Shown: in pieces, positions 8,750 through 17,827 of the stretch
How positions within the stretch are numbered: position 1 is the stretch's first letter
How the letters are laid out: the number at the start of each line of letters is the position of its first letter
Assembly: GCA_044225365.1 (NCBI GenBank)
Contig: JBGAIQ010000062.1
Location: 1 to 30,210 of the forward strand
Origin: Planctomycetota bacterium
Lineage (GTDB): Bacteria > Planctomycetota > B15-G4 > JADJEK01
DNA: 30,210 nucleotides
Direction of reading: 5' to 3'
The notes under the pieces: model-generated
What the model was told of the DNA's origin: nothing
Databases searched by the model: none
What the model saw: the letters and a program-made list of their open reading frames with translations, nothing else
Position numbers and translations under genes: made by a program

Positions 8750-10327
8750 CTACCGGGGAAAGCGGTCGAAGATCGCCGCCGCGGCGGGGGCCGAGGCGAA
8801 GCGGGCGCGGCAGGCGGCGACGGTCGCGGCGCGGCGGTCCGTTGGAACGAGTTCGAGAGTCGCGAACAAGCGCGGCGACAGGTCGACGACGTCCGGGTGA
8901 CGCGCCATCGCGTCGGCGAGGAGGATCGCTGCGCGCTCGGCCGCGCCGTTCGCCGCGAACGTCGCCGCCGCGTGCGCGTCGAGGATCGCGTCGAAGTACG
9001 ACTCGGAGTTCGTGAGATCGTCCTGCCTCACCGGGAGCGGACGTGCGAGCGAGTACGCGCCGGGAAGCACGAAGAGAACGCAAGCGAGCGCCACGCCGCG
9101 CGGCGATTCACGCAGCGTAGCGGCTTCTCGCGTGAAGGGCAGACAGGCGGACGCTGCGACGGCAAGGAATGGCGACGCGGCGACGCGATAGCGCTCGTTC
9201 ACGTAGAACACGACGAGCGACACGATCGTGAGCGCGATCGGCACGAGCAGCGGACCACGAGGCGCCGCGCGGCGCAGCGCGAGTCCCGCGAGGCCGAGAG
9301 CGAGCAATGCAGGGAACGGCAGATCCTGGAATCCGAGCAGGGAGAATCGCTCGCGCTCGCGGACGAGCGAGTCGTTGTCGCCGATCTCGTGCCGCGAGAC
9401 GGCGAACCGCAGCTTGTCGAGTTCGAGCGGGAGGATGCGCGACGGATTCTCGCGCAGGAATCGCAGGCCTTCTCGGAACGAGTGGTTGCGCTGTTCGCCC
9501 GCGCTCGGCGCGTGGCCGAGCGCCGCCTTCGCGAGATCGAACTCGACCTGTCGCTCGTTCATCACGCCCTCGGGAAACCCGTTCGGCGGCGCGTAGATCC
9601 CGATCGCATTCTCGTTGTTCCCGATGAGGAACGTATCGCCCTCGTTGTAGTTGACGGGGATGAAGTCGCCGGACGCGCGAAAGTTGTGGAGCGTGACCGG
9701 AGCGATCGCGAGTACGGCGCCGAACAAGTGCGAAGCAACGAACGGGAGATTGCTTCGGCCAGGGCGTGAGCAAAAAAGCCACAACGGCGCGCTCGCGAAC
9801 GCGAGCACGAGATTCGCGCCACGGGTGATCGCGGCGATCCCGAACACGATGCCCGTGACGAACGCGGAGCCCGCCCCACTCGCGTCGTTCTCCCTCGAGA
9901 GTCCACGATCGAGCAGGAACACACCGAGCGTCGTGAGGAACAACGAAGGAGTCGTGTCGAGCAGCTTCGTCTCGTGATACGTCACCGCGCCGTATGCAAG
10001 CAGGAGGAGCCCCGCTGCGACTCCCGCGAACGTCCCGCCGCGCGCCTTTGCGAGCGCGAAGACGAGCCACGTCGTCGCGAGTCCCATCAAGAGTTGGAGT
10101 TCGCGGACGAGCCGCCGGCCGCCCTCCGAATCGGCGTCGCACAGCCACAGGAACGCGGTGTAGAGCGGCGGCTTGAAGAACGCCTCGGGAGCCGAAGCAC
10201 TCGTGAAGTGCCGTTTCACCTCGTCGAGGTAGACGAGGCTGTCGCCGTAGGGCGCGTCGGCGAGAGGCTCACGCGCTTCGTAGTCGACGAGGTACTTCGC
10301 CTTCACGATGAGCGCGAGGAGAAGCAA
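8750..10327 (-). CDS. GT-C fold membrane glycosyltransferase (PMT/ArnT-like, GT39/GT83-type) with a C-terminal helical TPR-like tail
   Basis: GDSLVY first loop, FFKPPLY, multiple TM segments, GIAAITRGAN, HNFRASG, ERYR motif. Start is uncertain (TTG 10327; no upstream in-frame ATG/GTG seen). Confidence 0.8.
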   Translation of the reverse strand: MLLLALIVKAKYLVDYEAREPLADAPYGDSLVYLDEVKRHFTSASAPEAFFKPPLYTAFLWLCDADSEGGRRLVRELQLLMGLATTWLVFALAKARGGTFAGVAAGLLLLAYGAVTYHETKLLDTTPSLFLTTLGVFLLDRGLSRENDASGAGSAFVTGIVFGIAAITRGANLVLAFASAPLWLFCSRPGRSNLPFVASHLFGAVLAIAPVTLHNFRASGDFIPVNYNEGDTFLIGNNENAIGIYAPPNGFPEGVMNERQVEFDLAKAALGHAPSAGEQRNHSFREGLRFLRENPSRILPLELDKLRFAVSRHEIGDNDSLVRERERFSLLGFQDLPFPALLALGLAGLALRRAAPRGPLLVPIALTIVSLVVFYVNERYRVAASPFLAVAASACLPFTREAATLRESPRGVALACVLFVLPGAYSLARPLPVRQDDLTNSESYFDAILDAHAAATFAANGAAERAAILLADAMARHPDVVDLSPRLFATLELVPTDRRAATVAACRARFASAPAAAAIFDRFPR

Positions 10328-10369
10328 CGAGGCGCAGGCGACTCTCGCGAGAAAGCCGCCTGCGCCTCG
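10320..10369 (-). terminator. Putative intrinsic terminator or stable hairpin after the molybdoenzyme operon
   Basis: CGAGGCGCAGGCG (10328-10340) pairs with CGCCTGCGCCTCG (10357-10369). The stem extends with G-U pairs on the minus strand and is followed by TTGCTTCT. Confidence 0.55.
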
Positions 10370-10385
10370 ACCCGCTGACGATCCC

Positions 10386-10619
10386 TCAGGGTTCGTAGCA
10401 GTCGCGCTCCGGAGAACACGCGTCGAGCGTCGCGAGGTTCTGGTCGAGACCGACGTGATTCGCGGTCTTCACGCACCAGTACACGTGACGATCGTCCTCG
10501 TCGCTCGTGACCTTGATGTCCTTCGCGAGAGCGGCCTGGCAGGAGTAGTACATCTCCTTGCAGCGGAGATTGCGGCAGATCGCGTGGCCCGACGGGGCGT
10601 GCAGGTTGATGAACGTCAT
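10386..10619 (-). CDS. Small Cys-rich protein (77 aa, 6 Cys), last gene of the molybdoenzyme operon
   Basis: Strong SD (AAGGAGG) directly after the FAD-subunit stop. Motif CRNLRCKEMY..C...YWCVKT...C.PERDCYE. Confidence 0.8.
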   Translation of the reverse strand: MTFINLHAPSGHAICRNLRCKEMYYSCQAALAKDIKVTSDEDDRHVYWCVKTANHVGLDQNLATLDACSPERDCYEP

Positions 10620-10631
10620 CGAGGCCTCCTT

Positions 10632-11615
10632 TCAGACCGGGGTTCCGAACGCCTTGAGCAACGCACGCTTCAACGCGACGCGCGCGAGCTCGACCTTGTA
10701 ACCATTGCCCGAGAGCGGCGCGACATCGGAGAGGCAGTTGGCTGCCGCCGCGTTCGCGAGCGTCTCGTCGATCGCATGACCCGCGAGGATCTTGCGCACG
10801 CCTTCCGTGACGATCCACGGCGTCGGCGCGACGTGCCCGAGACAAGCGCCGCAGTCCTTCACCTTGCCGTCTTCGAGCACGAGGCTCACCGACGCGCCGA
10901 CCTCCGGCCAATCGAGACCGTGACGATGCCGCACCTCGTACGTCGCCGATGCCGTCGCCGGCGTCGGAACGTGGATCTGACGCAGGATCTCGTTGCTCGC
11001 GACCGCGTGCTCCCGCTCACCGTCCGCTTGCGGCGTGCGGTAGAGATCGCGGACCTCGGCCCAGCGGCCGCCGTCCTTGCCGACGATCTCGACCGACGCG
11101 TTGAGCGCGACGAGCGCGGGGCCGAGGCTCGAGGCACTCACGAACTTCGCGGCGCCCTTGTTGCCGAGGATCGCGTGGTAGCGGTTGTCGCCCGCCTCGA
11201 CCATCGACTTGCCGTCCTTCTGTCCCAAGAGGCCATGACCGCGGCGGAAGTACCAGCAGCGCGGACGCTGCAGGAGTTCGCCACCGACGGAGCCCATCGC
11301 GCGGAGTTGCGGGCTGCGAATTCCCTCGGCCGCCTGCGTGAGCGCGGGAGCCGCGATCGCGATCTCCTTGCTCGCGAGGAGTTCGTCGAGAGTCGTCATC
11401 GCGCCGATGGAGATGCCGTTCTTCTCGACCGTGATCCCGCGCAGTTCGGGCACCTTGGCGAGCGAGACGACTCGCTTCGGTTCGACGATGAAGTCCTTCA
11501 TCAGCGAGAGGAGATCCGTCCCGCCCGCGAGGACCTCGGCCTCGCCGTACGAGGATCCGAGCAGGGCGATCGCGGCGGAGAGTGATTCGGGCTGAGCGAA
11601 CTCGAACCGATTCAT
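10632..11615 (-). CDS. Xanthine dehydrogenase-family FAD-binding subunit (PaoB/YagS-like)
   Basis: LAGGTDLLSLMK, IGAMTTL, IRSPQLRAMGSVGGELLQRPRCWYFR, GHVAPTPW, PLSGNGYKV. Confidence 0.93.
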   Translation of the reverse strand: MNRFEFAQPESLSAAIALLGSSYGEAEVLAGGTDLLSLMKDFIVEPKRVVSLAKVPELRGITVEKNGISIGAMTTLDELLASKEIAIAAPALTQAAEGIRSPQLRAMGSVGGELLQRPRCWYFRRGHGLLGQKDGKSMVEAGDNRYHAILGNKGAAKFVSASSLGPALVALNASVEIVGKDGGRWAEVRDLYRTPQADGEREHAVASNEILRQIHVPTPATASATYEVRHRHGLDWPEVGASVSLVLEDGKVKDCGACLGHVAPTPWIVTEGVRKILAGHAIDETLANAAAANCLSDVAPLSGNGYKVELARVALKRALLKAFGTPV

Positions 11616-13744
11616 GACGGACCTCCCTTCCCGAGAGCGCGCAAGACCTCACGGGGAGTCATCGGGACGCAGGGCACGCGCCGGCCGATCGCGTTCGCGA
11701 CGGCATTGCTGATCGCCGCCATCGGCGACACCGCGGGCGGTTCGCCGAGGCCGATCGCGCCGCGGCCGAAATGACGCTCGTTCATCATCATGTGGACCTG
11801 GATCTCTCCGATGTCCTTGATTCCCGCGAGGCGATAGAACTCCATGTCGGGATTCAAGCAGTTGCCCGTCACGGGATCCTGGATGCGTTCTTCGTAGAGC
11901 GCGGACGTGATGCCCATGATGCAGGCGCCGTAGACCTGGCTCTCGGCCGTCAGTTCGTCGATGACCGTGCCGCAGTCCTGCACCGCGACCATCTTCTTCA
12001 TGACGACGATGCCGGTCTCCGTGTCGACCTCGACCTCGGCCATCTGGCAACCGCCGACGTCGCTGCTCATCAGCGATCCGTCGGTCTTGCCCTTGCCGAG
12101 GATCGGTTGCGGCCCGATCGCCTTGCAGGCATCGGCCCACGCGATCGACTTCGAGGCATCGTTCTTGGAGACGAGCTTGCCGCCCTTCGGAACGATGTCG
12201 GCCGCGTCGACTCCGAGCAGCGGAGCGACCTTCGCGATCAACTGGTTCATCGCGTCGACCGCGGCCGTGCGCGCCGCCGACGAGATGCCGCCGACGGTCG
12301 AACTGCCGCCCGAGGCGCCCGACGGTGGATACTTGTTCTCCCCGATCATCACCTTCACGGCTTCGATCGGGAGGCCGAACGCATCCGCCACCACGATGCC
12401 GATGACCGTGCGCACGCCGACCCCGAGGTCCTGCGTACCGCACCGCGTCTCGACGGTTCCGTCACTGCGGATCGTGATCTCGTTGTTCGACTCGTGACCG
12501 CCGCCGCCCCAGGTGTGGATCGACAGGCCGAGACCGCGCTTGATCGCGCCCGGATTCGAACCGCGCGGCTTCCACTTCTCCTTCCAGCCGATCATCTTCG
12601 CCGCGATGTCGAGTTCCTCCTCGTACACGTCGGGGCGATCGGTCGCCTTCAGGTTGATGCGGAACATCTCGAGCGGATCCATCCCGATCTGTGCGGCGGC
12701 GTCTTCCATCGCCGACATCGTGATGAGCGCCTGCTGCGGATGTCCCGGAGCACGCCACGCGCGCGCCGGAGCGGTGTTCTGCGCGATGCTCGTGTTCTGC
12801 GTCTTCGAGTTCTTGAACTTGAAGACGTAGGGCAACGAGAGGCGAGCGCGGCCGCCGAAACCGTCGGTGCCCCAAGACTTCGACTCCCAGGCGAGGATCT
12901 CGCCCGACTTGTCGACGCCGATCTTCACCTTCGCGAAGCCGGAGGGACGCGATCCCGCGACCATCAGCTCCTGATCGCGCTCCATCATGAGCTTGACCGG
13001 GCGCTTCAACTGCTTCGCGATCTTGAACGCCTCGGGGCCGCAGTCGAAACCGAACTTCGATCCGAAGCCGCCGCCGAGGTGCTGGCAGATCACGTGGATG
13101 TTCTCGACGGGCACATCGGAAACGTTCGCGGCCTGCTCGGCCGTACCGGAGACGTTCTGGGTCGAGACCCACACCGTCGCCTTGTCCTCGCCATCGAGTT
13201 CGACGACGACGCCGTGCGATTCGAGACAGCAGTGCGTGATGACCTCGCAGCCGTACGTGCCCTCGACGACCGCGGACGCGGCCTTGAAGGCGGCGTCGAC
13301 GTCGCCGCTCTTGCGCTCCTGGCCGTCGCGGCGGAACGCCTTGTCGACCTTGTCGATCTCACGGTCCTCGGTGTTGTGCGGGAGCGCCGAGTACTTCACG
13401 ACGACCCGTCGCGCCGCTTCCTGCGCGGCCTCTTCGGTCTCGCCCGCGACGAGCGCGATCGGCGCGCCCGGGAACTGGACCTCGTCGCCGACCTTCATCT
13501 GCGCTTCGGCGAAGACGCAGCCCTTCACCTTCTTCGCGGCTTCGAGGTCGATCGACTCGATCTTGCCGTGGCCGATCGTGCTGAGCGTGAACTTCGCCCA
13601 CACCATGTTCGGACGGTTGATGTCGAAGGTGTACTTCGCGCGGCCCGAGACCTTGTCCGGACCGTCGAGGCGCGTGATCCTGCGGCCGAGGAGCGTGGCG
13701 TCCTCGAACTTCGGCCACTTCTTCGTGATGTCGAGAGTCATCAC
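11612..13744 (-). CDS. Xanthine dehydrogenase-family molybdopterin-binding subunit (PaoC/YagR-like)
   Basis: RLDGPDKVSGRAKYTFD, GGGFGSK, AWRAPG, GTQDLGVG, SGGSS, ESQVYGA, GLGEPP (catalytic Glu). ATGA overlaps at both ends. Confidence 0.95.
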   Translation of the reverse strand: MMTLDITKKWPKFEDATLLGRRITRLDGPDKVSGRAKYTFDINRPNMVWAKFTLSTIGHGKIESIDLEAAKKVKGCVFAEAQMKVGDEVQFPGAPIALVAGETEEAAQEAARRVVVKYSALPHNTEDREIDKVDKAFRRDGQERKSGDVDAAFKAASAVVEGTYGCEVITHCCLESHGVVVELDGEDKATVWVSTQNVSGTAEQAANVSDVPVENIHVICQHLGGGFGSKFGFDCGPEAFKIAKQLKRPVKLMMERDQELMVAGSRPSGFAKVKIGVDKSGEILAWESKSWGTDGFGGRARLSLPYVFKFKNSKTQNTSIAQNTAPARAWRAPGHPQQALITMSAMEDAAAQIGMDPLEMFRINLKATDRPDVYEEELDIAAKMIGWKEKWKPRGSNPGAIKRGLGLSIHTWGGGGHESNNEITIRSDGTVETRCGTQDLGVGVRTVIGIVVADAFGLPIEAVKVMIGENKYPPSGASGGSSTVGGISSAARTAAVDAMNQLIAKVAPLLGVDAADIVPKGGKLVSKNDASKSIAWADACKAIGPQPILGKGKTDGSLMSSDVGGCQMAEVEVDTETGIVVMKKMVAVQDCGTVIDELTAESQVYGACIMGITSALYEERIQDPVTGNCLNPDMEFYRLAGIKDIGEIQVHMMMNERHFGRGAIGLGEPPAVSPMAAISNAVANAIGRRVPCVPMTPREVLRALGKGGPS

Positions 13745-14358
13745 TTGCCTCCGTTCGTGCTGGAGGCGCTGGCCTCGACCACCGCGGCCGTGACGCCGAC
13801 ATACGTCCCGCAGCGGCAGAGATTGCCGCCGAGGCCGTCGAGCGCCTGCTCACGCGTGCAGTTCGGCATCTTGCGGCGAACCGATTCGCAGGCGACGACG
13901 AAGCCCGGCGTGCAGAAGCCGCACTGCTGCGCGTCGTTCTTCACGAATGCGGCCTGGATCGCGCCGAGCTTCTCGCCCGACACGAGGCTCTCGACCGTCT
14001 CGATCTTCTTCCCCTGGACGTTGATCGCGAGCAGCGTGCAGCCGTACATCGCCTTGCCGTCGACCAGCACCGTGCACGCGCCGCAGGTCGCGCGATCGCA
14101 GACCTTCTTCGCGCCGGTGATGTCGAGATCGTTGCGCAAGGCATCGAGCAATGTCACGCGCGGCTCGACCTTCAGCGAGGTGTCCTTGCCGTTGATGTTC
14201 AGCGTGATCGCGACCGGATCGGGTCCGATCACTCCGTCTGCACGCTTGACGGCGGCTTGTGCTTCTTGGGTGAGCGCGGGGAGCGCCGAGGTGACGACGG
14301 CGGAGACGCCGACGCCCTTCAAGAAGTGTCGCCGCGACAGGCCGAGATCGTCGGTCAT
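13741..14358 (-). CDS. 2x[2Fe-2S] subunit with Tat signal (PaoA/YagT-like)
   Basis: SRRHFLK twin-arginine motif; CDRATCGACTV...GC and QCGFCTPG...NLCRC. Start is at 14358 or 14367. Confidence 0.95.
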   Translation of the reverse strand: MTDDLGLSRRHFLKGVGVSAVVTSALPALTQEAQAAVKRADGVIGPDPVAITLNINGKDTSLKVEPRVTLLDALRNDLDITGAKKVCDRATCGACTVLVDGKAMYGCTLLAINVQGKKIETVESLVSGEKLGAIQAAFVKNDAQQCGFCTPGFVVACESVRRKMPNCTREQALDGLGGNLCRCGTYVGVTAAVVEASASSTNGGK

Positions 14359-14797
14359 GTGAGGCATCCTTGCTAGGTTTCGAGGCGAGGTTTCGGAGTC
14401 AGGGACGGAGCACACGGACTTTCGAGATCGAACTGCATTCCGAGGCTCGAACGCGCCATGCTACGCGGTGTCCATGCAACGGGAAAGAGCGCGCGATCGC
14501 TTCACGCAGGATTCGAGATAGAGGTAGCGCGGCAGTCCCTTCGAATCGCTCGCCTTGAAGCGCGCCCGAGAACTCACTCGTGCATTCGACCCGCCGACCG
14601 TTTCCTTGCTCGGATTCGTTCAGCACGAGCAGGGTCGACGCGAGCATGTTCGACGATCCCGCGTGCGAGGGAGGGCGAGTTCGGGGATCGTGCGCGTTTG
14701 GCTACAGCGCCTCCACGATTGCGCCTGAAACGGTAGACCGGTGGTGGCGGCTCTCGACGATCGCGAAGCCGTGGCAACCGATGTAGGCTCGAGTCGA

Positions 14798-16084
14798 ATG
14801 GACCCGTCGCAAGAACAGCGAAGAGACGCGAACGCGTTCGACGTGATCGTCCTCGGCGGCGGCGCGGCCGGGATCTTCGCCGCGACGGCTTCGGCCGAGC
14901 GCGGCGCGAAGACGCTGCTCCTCGAGCGCAACTTCAAGCTCGGGATCAAGGTCCTCGCGAGCGGCGGCTCGCGGTGCAACGTGACGTCGGTGCTGCCCGT
15001 CCACGAACTCGCGCAGTACTTCGGTCGCCGCGCCGGGCGCTTCCTCGGCCACGCGTTCAAGGAACTGCCGCCTCGCGCCATCGTCGAGCGCTTGCACGAA
15101 GAAGGCGTTCCGACGTACGAGGAGAAATGGGACAAGGTCTTCCCGTCGAGCAACAAGGCGACCGACGTGCTCGCCGCGTTCCTGCGGCGAATGGAGCGCG
15201 CCGGCGCGACGTTTCGGCTGAACTCGCGCGTCGAAGCGGTCGAGGTTTCGGCGGACGGCGGATTCATCGTGCGCGTGAACGGTGAATCGATCGCGACTCG
15301 AACGGTCGTCGTCGCCACGGGCGGACGCTCGTATCCGAAAACGGGATCGACGGGCGACGGCTACGCGATCGCGCAAGGATTCGGACACACGATCGTGACC
15401 CCGCGACCCGCGCTCGTGCCGCTCAAGACATCGGATCCGTGGGTGACGGAGTCGACGGGAATCGCGTTCCAGGATGTCGAGGTCGAGCTCGTCGACGCCG
15501 CGGGTGAACCGCTCGCATCGCGACGCCGTCCTCTGCTGTTCACTCACTTCGGCGTGTCCGGTCCCGCGGCGATGGACGTTTCGCGCGAGGCGACGTCACG
15601 AGCGACGACGACATTGAAGATCGACTTCGCGCCCGACGTGCGGCACGAGGAGCTCGCGCGCCGGTTCGAATCGGCGGTCGCGCGCGATCCGCAGAAGGCG
15701 TTGTTCCACGCGATCCACGACCTTCCCGGCAAAGCGGAATGGCCCGAGCGATTCGCCGAGCGCTTGCTCGCACTGCGGAACGTCGACGCGAAGAAGCGCG
15801 CTGCCGAATCGTCGAAGGCGGCGCGCCGCGCCGTGATCGATCTCGTGAAGTCCACGCCGATCGCGATCACGGGCAGCCGCGGTTTCGATTTCGCCGAGGT
15901 GACGGCGGGCGGCGTCGAGCTCGACGAGATCGATCCGCGGACGATGGAGTCGCGGCGCCGACCGGGTCTCTTCCTCTGCGGCGAAGTGATCGACGTCGAC
16001 GGGCCGATCGGCGGGTTCAACTTTCAGGCCGCGTTCTCGACGGGCCACGTCGCCGGCGTCGCCGCGGCAGCGCGCGCGCGCTGA
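14798..16084 (+). CDS. HI0933/YhiN(BaiN)-family NAD(P)/FAD-dependent oxidoreductase
   Basis: GGGAAG, KVLASGGSRCNVT, ATGGRSYPKTGSTGDGY, LLFTHFGVSGPA, AEVTAGGV, GEVIDVDGPIGGFNFQAAFSTG. Confidence 0.95.
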   Translation: MDPSQEQRRDANAFDVIVLGGGAAGIFAATASAERGAKTLLLERNFKLGIKVLASGGSRCNVTSVLPVHELAQYFGRRAGRFLGHAFKELPPRAIVERLHEEGVPTYEEKWDKVFPSSNKATDVLAAFLRRMERAGATFRLNSRVEAVEVSADGGFIVRVNGESIATRTVVVATGGRSYPKTGSTGDGYAIAQGFGHTIVTPRPALVPLKTSDPWVTESTGIAFQDVEVELVDAAGEPLASRRRPLLFTHFGVSGPAAMDVSREATSRATTTLKIDFAPDVRHEELARRFESAVARDPQKALFHAIHDLPGKAEWPERFAERLLALRNVDAKKRAAESSKAARRAVIDLVKSTPIAITGSRGFDFAEVTAGGVELDEIDPRTMESRRRPGLFLCGEVIDVDGPIGGFNFQAAFSTGHVAGVAAAARAR

Positions 16085-16087
16085 ACG

Positions 16088-16143
16088 AAGAACGCCGCGC
16101 CCCACCGACGGGTTCTCGGAGGGCGCGGCGAGCGTCTTCTTCA
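16088..16143. terminator. Bidirectional terminator-like hairpin between convergent genes
   Basis: CGCCGCGCCC (16093-16102) pairs with GGGCGCGGCG (16121-16130), flanked by AAGAA and TCTTCTT. Confidence 0.6.
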
Positions 16144-16159
16144 GGAGCGGATCGGGAGT

Positions 16160-17767
16160 TCAGCTATCGGCTTCGTACTCGTACACGATGCCGATGATGC
16201 CGACGCGCTGCGAGTTCGGGTCGCCGGTCGCGTCGCGATTCAAGGTGAATTCGATGAGGTCGTTCGCCGACCACGTGGGCGCCGCGTTGCCCCACATGTC
16301 GCCCGCCTCCGGGCAGACCTGCTGAACGATCGGATTCTGTCCCGCGCCCACATTCGGCTGCAGCGACTCGGAAGCGTTCGGGCCCGGCGTGTGATTGGCC
16401 TTGAAGGTGTAGCGGAGGACCGCGTCGCCGTTCGTCGTGATCGTGGAGAGCGGCTGCCACAGAATGTCGATGTTGGCCTTGGTGTTCGCCTGGACCGTCT
16501 CGTCCGTCGTCCAGATCACCGTGATGCGCGGGGACGTGATCCCGGGGCAAGCGGCGAGGTCGTTCGCGGACGGACCGACGTAGTCGGGAGGAACCTGCAG
16601 CATCCCGGTCATGTAGCCGTTGCCCGTCGCCGCACTGGCGAACGAGAAGACGCGGTAGCGCCGCGTGTTCGTCGGCGACGCGTTGTTGATATCGTAGGTC
16701 GAAGTGTTGCTGACCGTGTTGAACGCGGCGCCCGGGACGAAGACGCGCCGGATGCGATTCGAGATGCGGTTCGCGCCGATCGTACCCGTCGTGTTGACGT
16801 CGTTGATCTTCGTGAGGATGTCCGTGCCGCTGTCGGGCGAACCGTTGGCGCCCGCCGGGCCCTGCGGACCCTGCGGTCCAATGTCGCCCTGGATGCCCTG
16901 AAGGCCTTGCGGGCCCGACGGACCCTCCGCGCCAGCCGGACCGGCAGGTCCGATGTCGCCCTGCGGTCCTTGCGGTCCTGTCGCGCCCGTCGCGCCCGCC
17001 GGACCGGCAGGTCCGATGTCGCCCTGGTCGCCCTTCGGACCCGCAGGTCCGATGTCGCCCTGCGGTCCTTGCGGTCCCGTCGCGCCCGTCGCGCCAGCCG
17101 GGCCGGCAGGACCCTGCGCGCCCGCGGGACCCGCGGGGCCGATGTCGCCCTGGTCGCCCTTCGGACCCGCCGGGCCGATGTCACCTTGCGGTCCCTGCGG
17201 ACCCGTTGCGCCGGTCGCACCCGTCGCGCCAGCCGGGCCGGCAGGACCCTGCGCGCCCTGAGGACCCTGCAGGCCGCTCGGACTCCCGACCCAGTGGCCC
17301 GTCGAGTCGATCACCGGAACGCCGTTGATCGTGATCGTGTTCGGATGGATGTCGCGGCCGCTCACGTCGTCGGCGCTCGCAGCCCGCAGCGCGAACGGGA
17401 CCGAACCGAGTCGCTGGCGAGGAGTCATCTCGGGATCGTTGCCGACCTGGATCGCGACCCAGAGTTCGGCCTGATCGAGGATCGATGCCGGGATCGGCGT
17501 CAGCGAACCGAGGAACGTGTTGACGACGCCATTGAGGGACGTCACCGACTGCGTCTCGGTCCACAGCAAGTTGCCGTTGTTGGCGGCGTCGTAGATGCGA
17601 ACCGCGAGCGTGACGTTGTTGGCGTTGATCGGAGCGCCCGCGGAGTCCTTGAGGCGGGCCTGGAAGAACACGAGATTCGGCGTCGACGCGACGAGCGGCG
17701 AGGTCGGGATGGCCATCGCGGCGAGAACCGCGAGCTCGGCGAGGGAGGAAAGGTGCTTGCGAGCCAT
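16160..17767 (-). CDS. Secreted collagen-like fibre protein (signal peptide, N-terminal fibre-base domain, ~49 Gly-X-Y triplets, beta-rich C-terminal head)
   Basis: Signal peptide [19 protein letters not shown]; N-domain [12 protein letters not shown]...[17 protein letters not shown]...[14 protein letters not shown]; uninterrupted G-X-Y run. Confidence 0.9.
   Translation of the reverse strand: MARKHLSSLAELAVLAAMAIPTSPLVASTPNLVFFQARLKDSAGAPINANNVTLAVRIYDAANNGNLLWTETQSVTSLNGVVNTFLGSLTPIPASILDQAELWVAIQVGNDPEMTPRQRLGSVPFALRAASADDVSGRDIHPNTITINGVPVIDSTGHWVGSPSGLQGPQGAQGPAGPAGATGATGATGPQGPQGDIGPAGPKGDQGDIGPAGPAGAQGPAGPAGATGATGPQGPQGDIGPAGPKGDQGDIGPAGPAGATGATGPQGPQGDIGPAGPAGAEGPSGPQGLQGIQGDIGPQGPQGPAGANGSPDSGTDILTKINDVNTTGTIGANRISNRIRRVFVPGAAFNTVSNTSTYDINNASPTNTRRYRVFSFASAATGNGYMTGMLQVPPDYVGPSANDLAACPGITSPRITVIWTTDETVQANTKANIDILWQPLSTITTNGDAVLRYTFKANHTPGPNASESLQPNVGAGQNPIVQQVCPEAGDMWGNAAPTWSANDLIEFTLNRDATGDPNSQRVGIIGIVYEYEADS
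16835..17275 (-). repeat. Collagen triple-helix coding repeat with higher-order duplications
   Basis: 49 G-X-Y triplets; the block [20 protein letters not shown] recurs three times and [15 protein letters not shown] twice. Confidence 0.92.
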
Positions 17768-17827
17768 GAATTCGATTCCTTGATCTTTGGATCTGTTGTT
17801 CGTAGTTGGAGGTTCAGCGCGTCCGGT

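Noticed and set aside
10632-14358. Aerobic CO dehydrogenase (CoxMSL form I), suggested by the nearby CopD-like gene
   Set aside because: The large subunit has GASGGSS in place of the Cu-binding AYRCSFR loop, and the Tat signal points to a PaoABC-like exported enzyme.
16160-17767. Prophage or tailocin origin of the collagen fibre
   Set aside because: It has a Sec-type signal peptide, and no phage structural, integrase or lysis genes are nearby.
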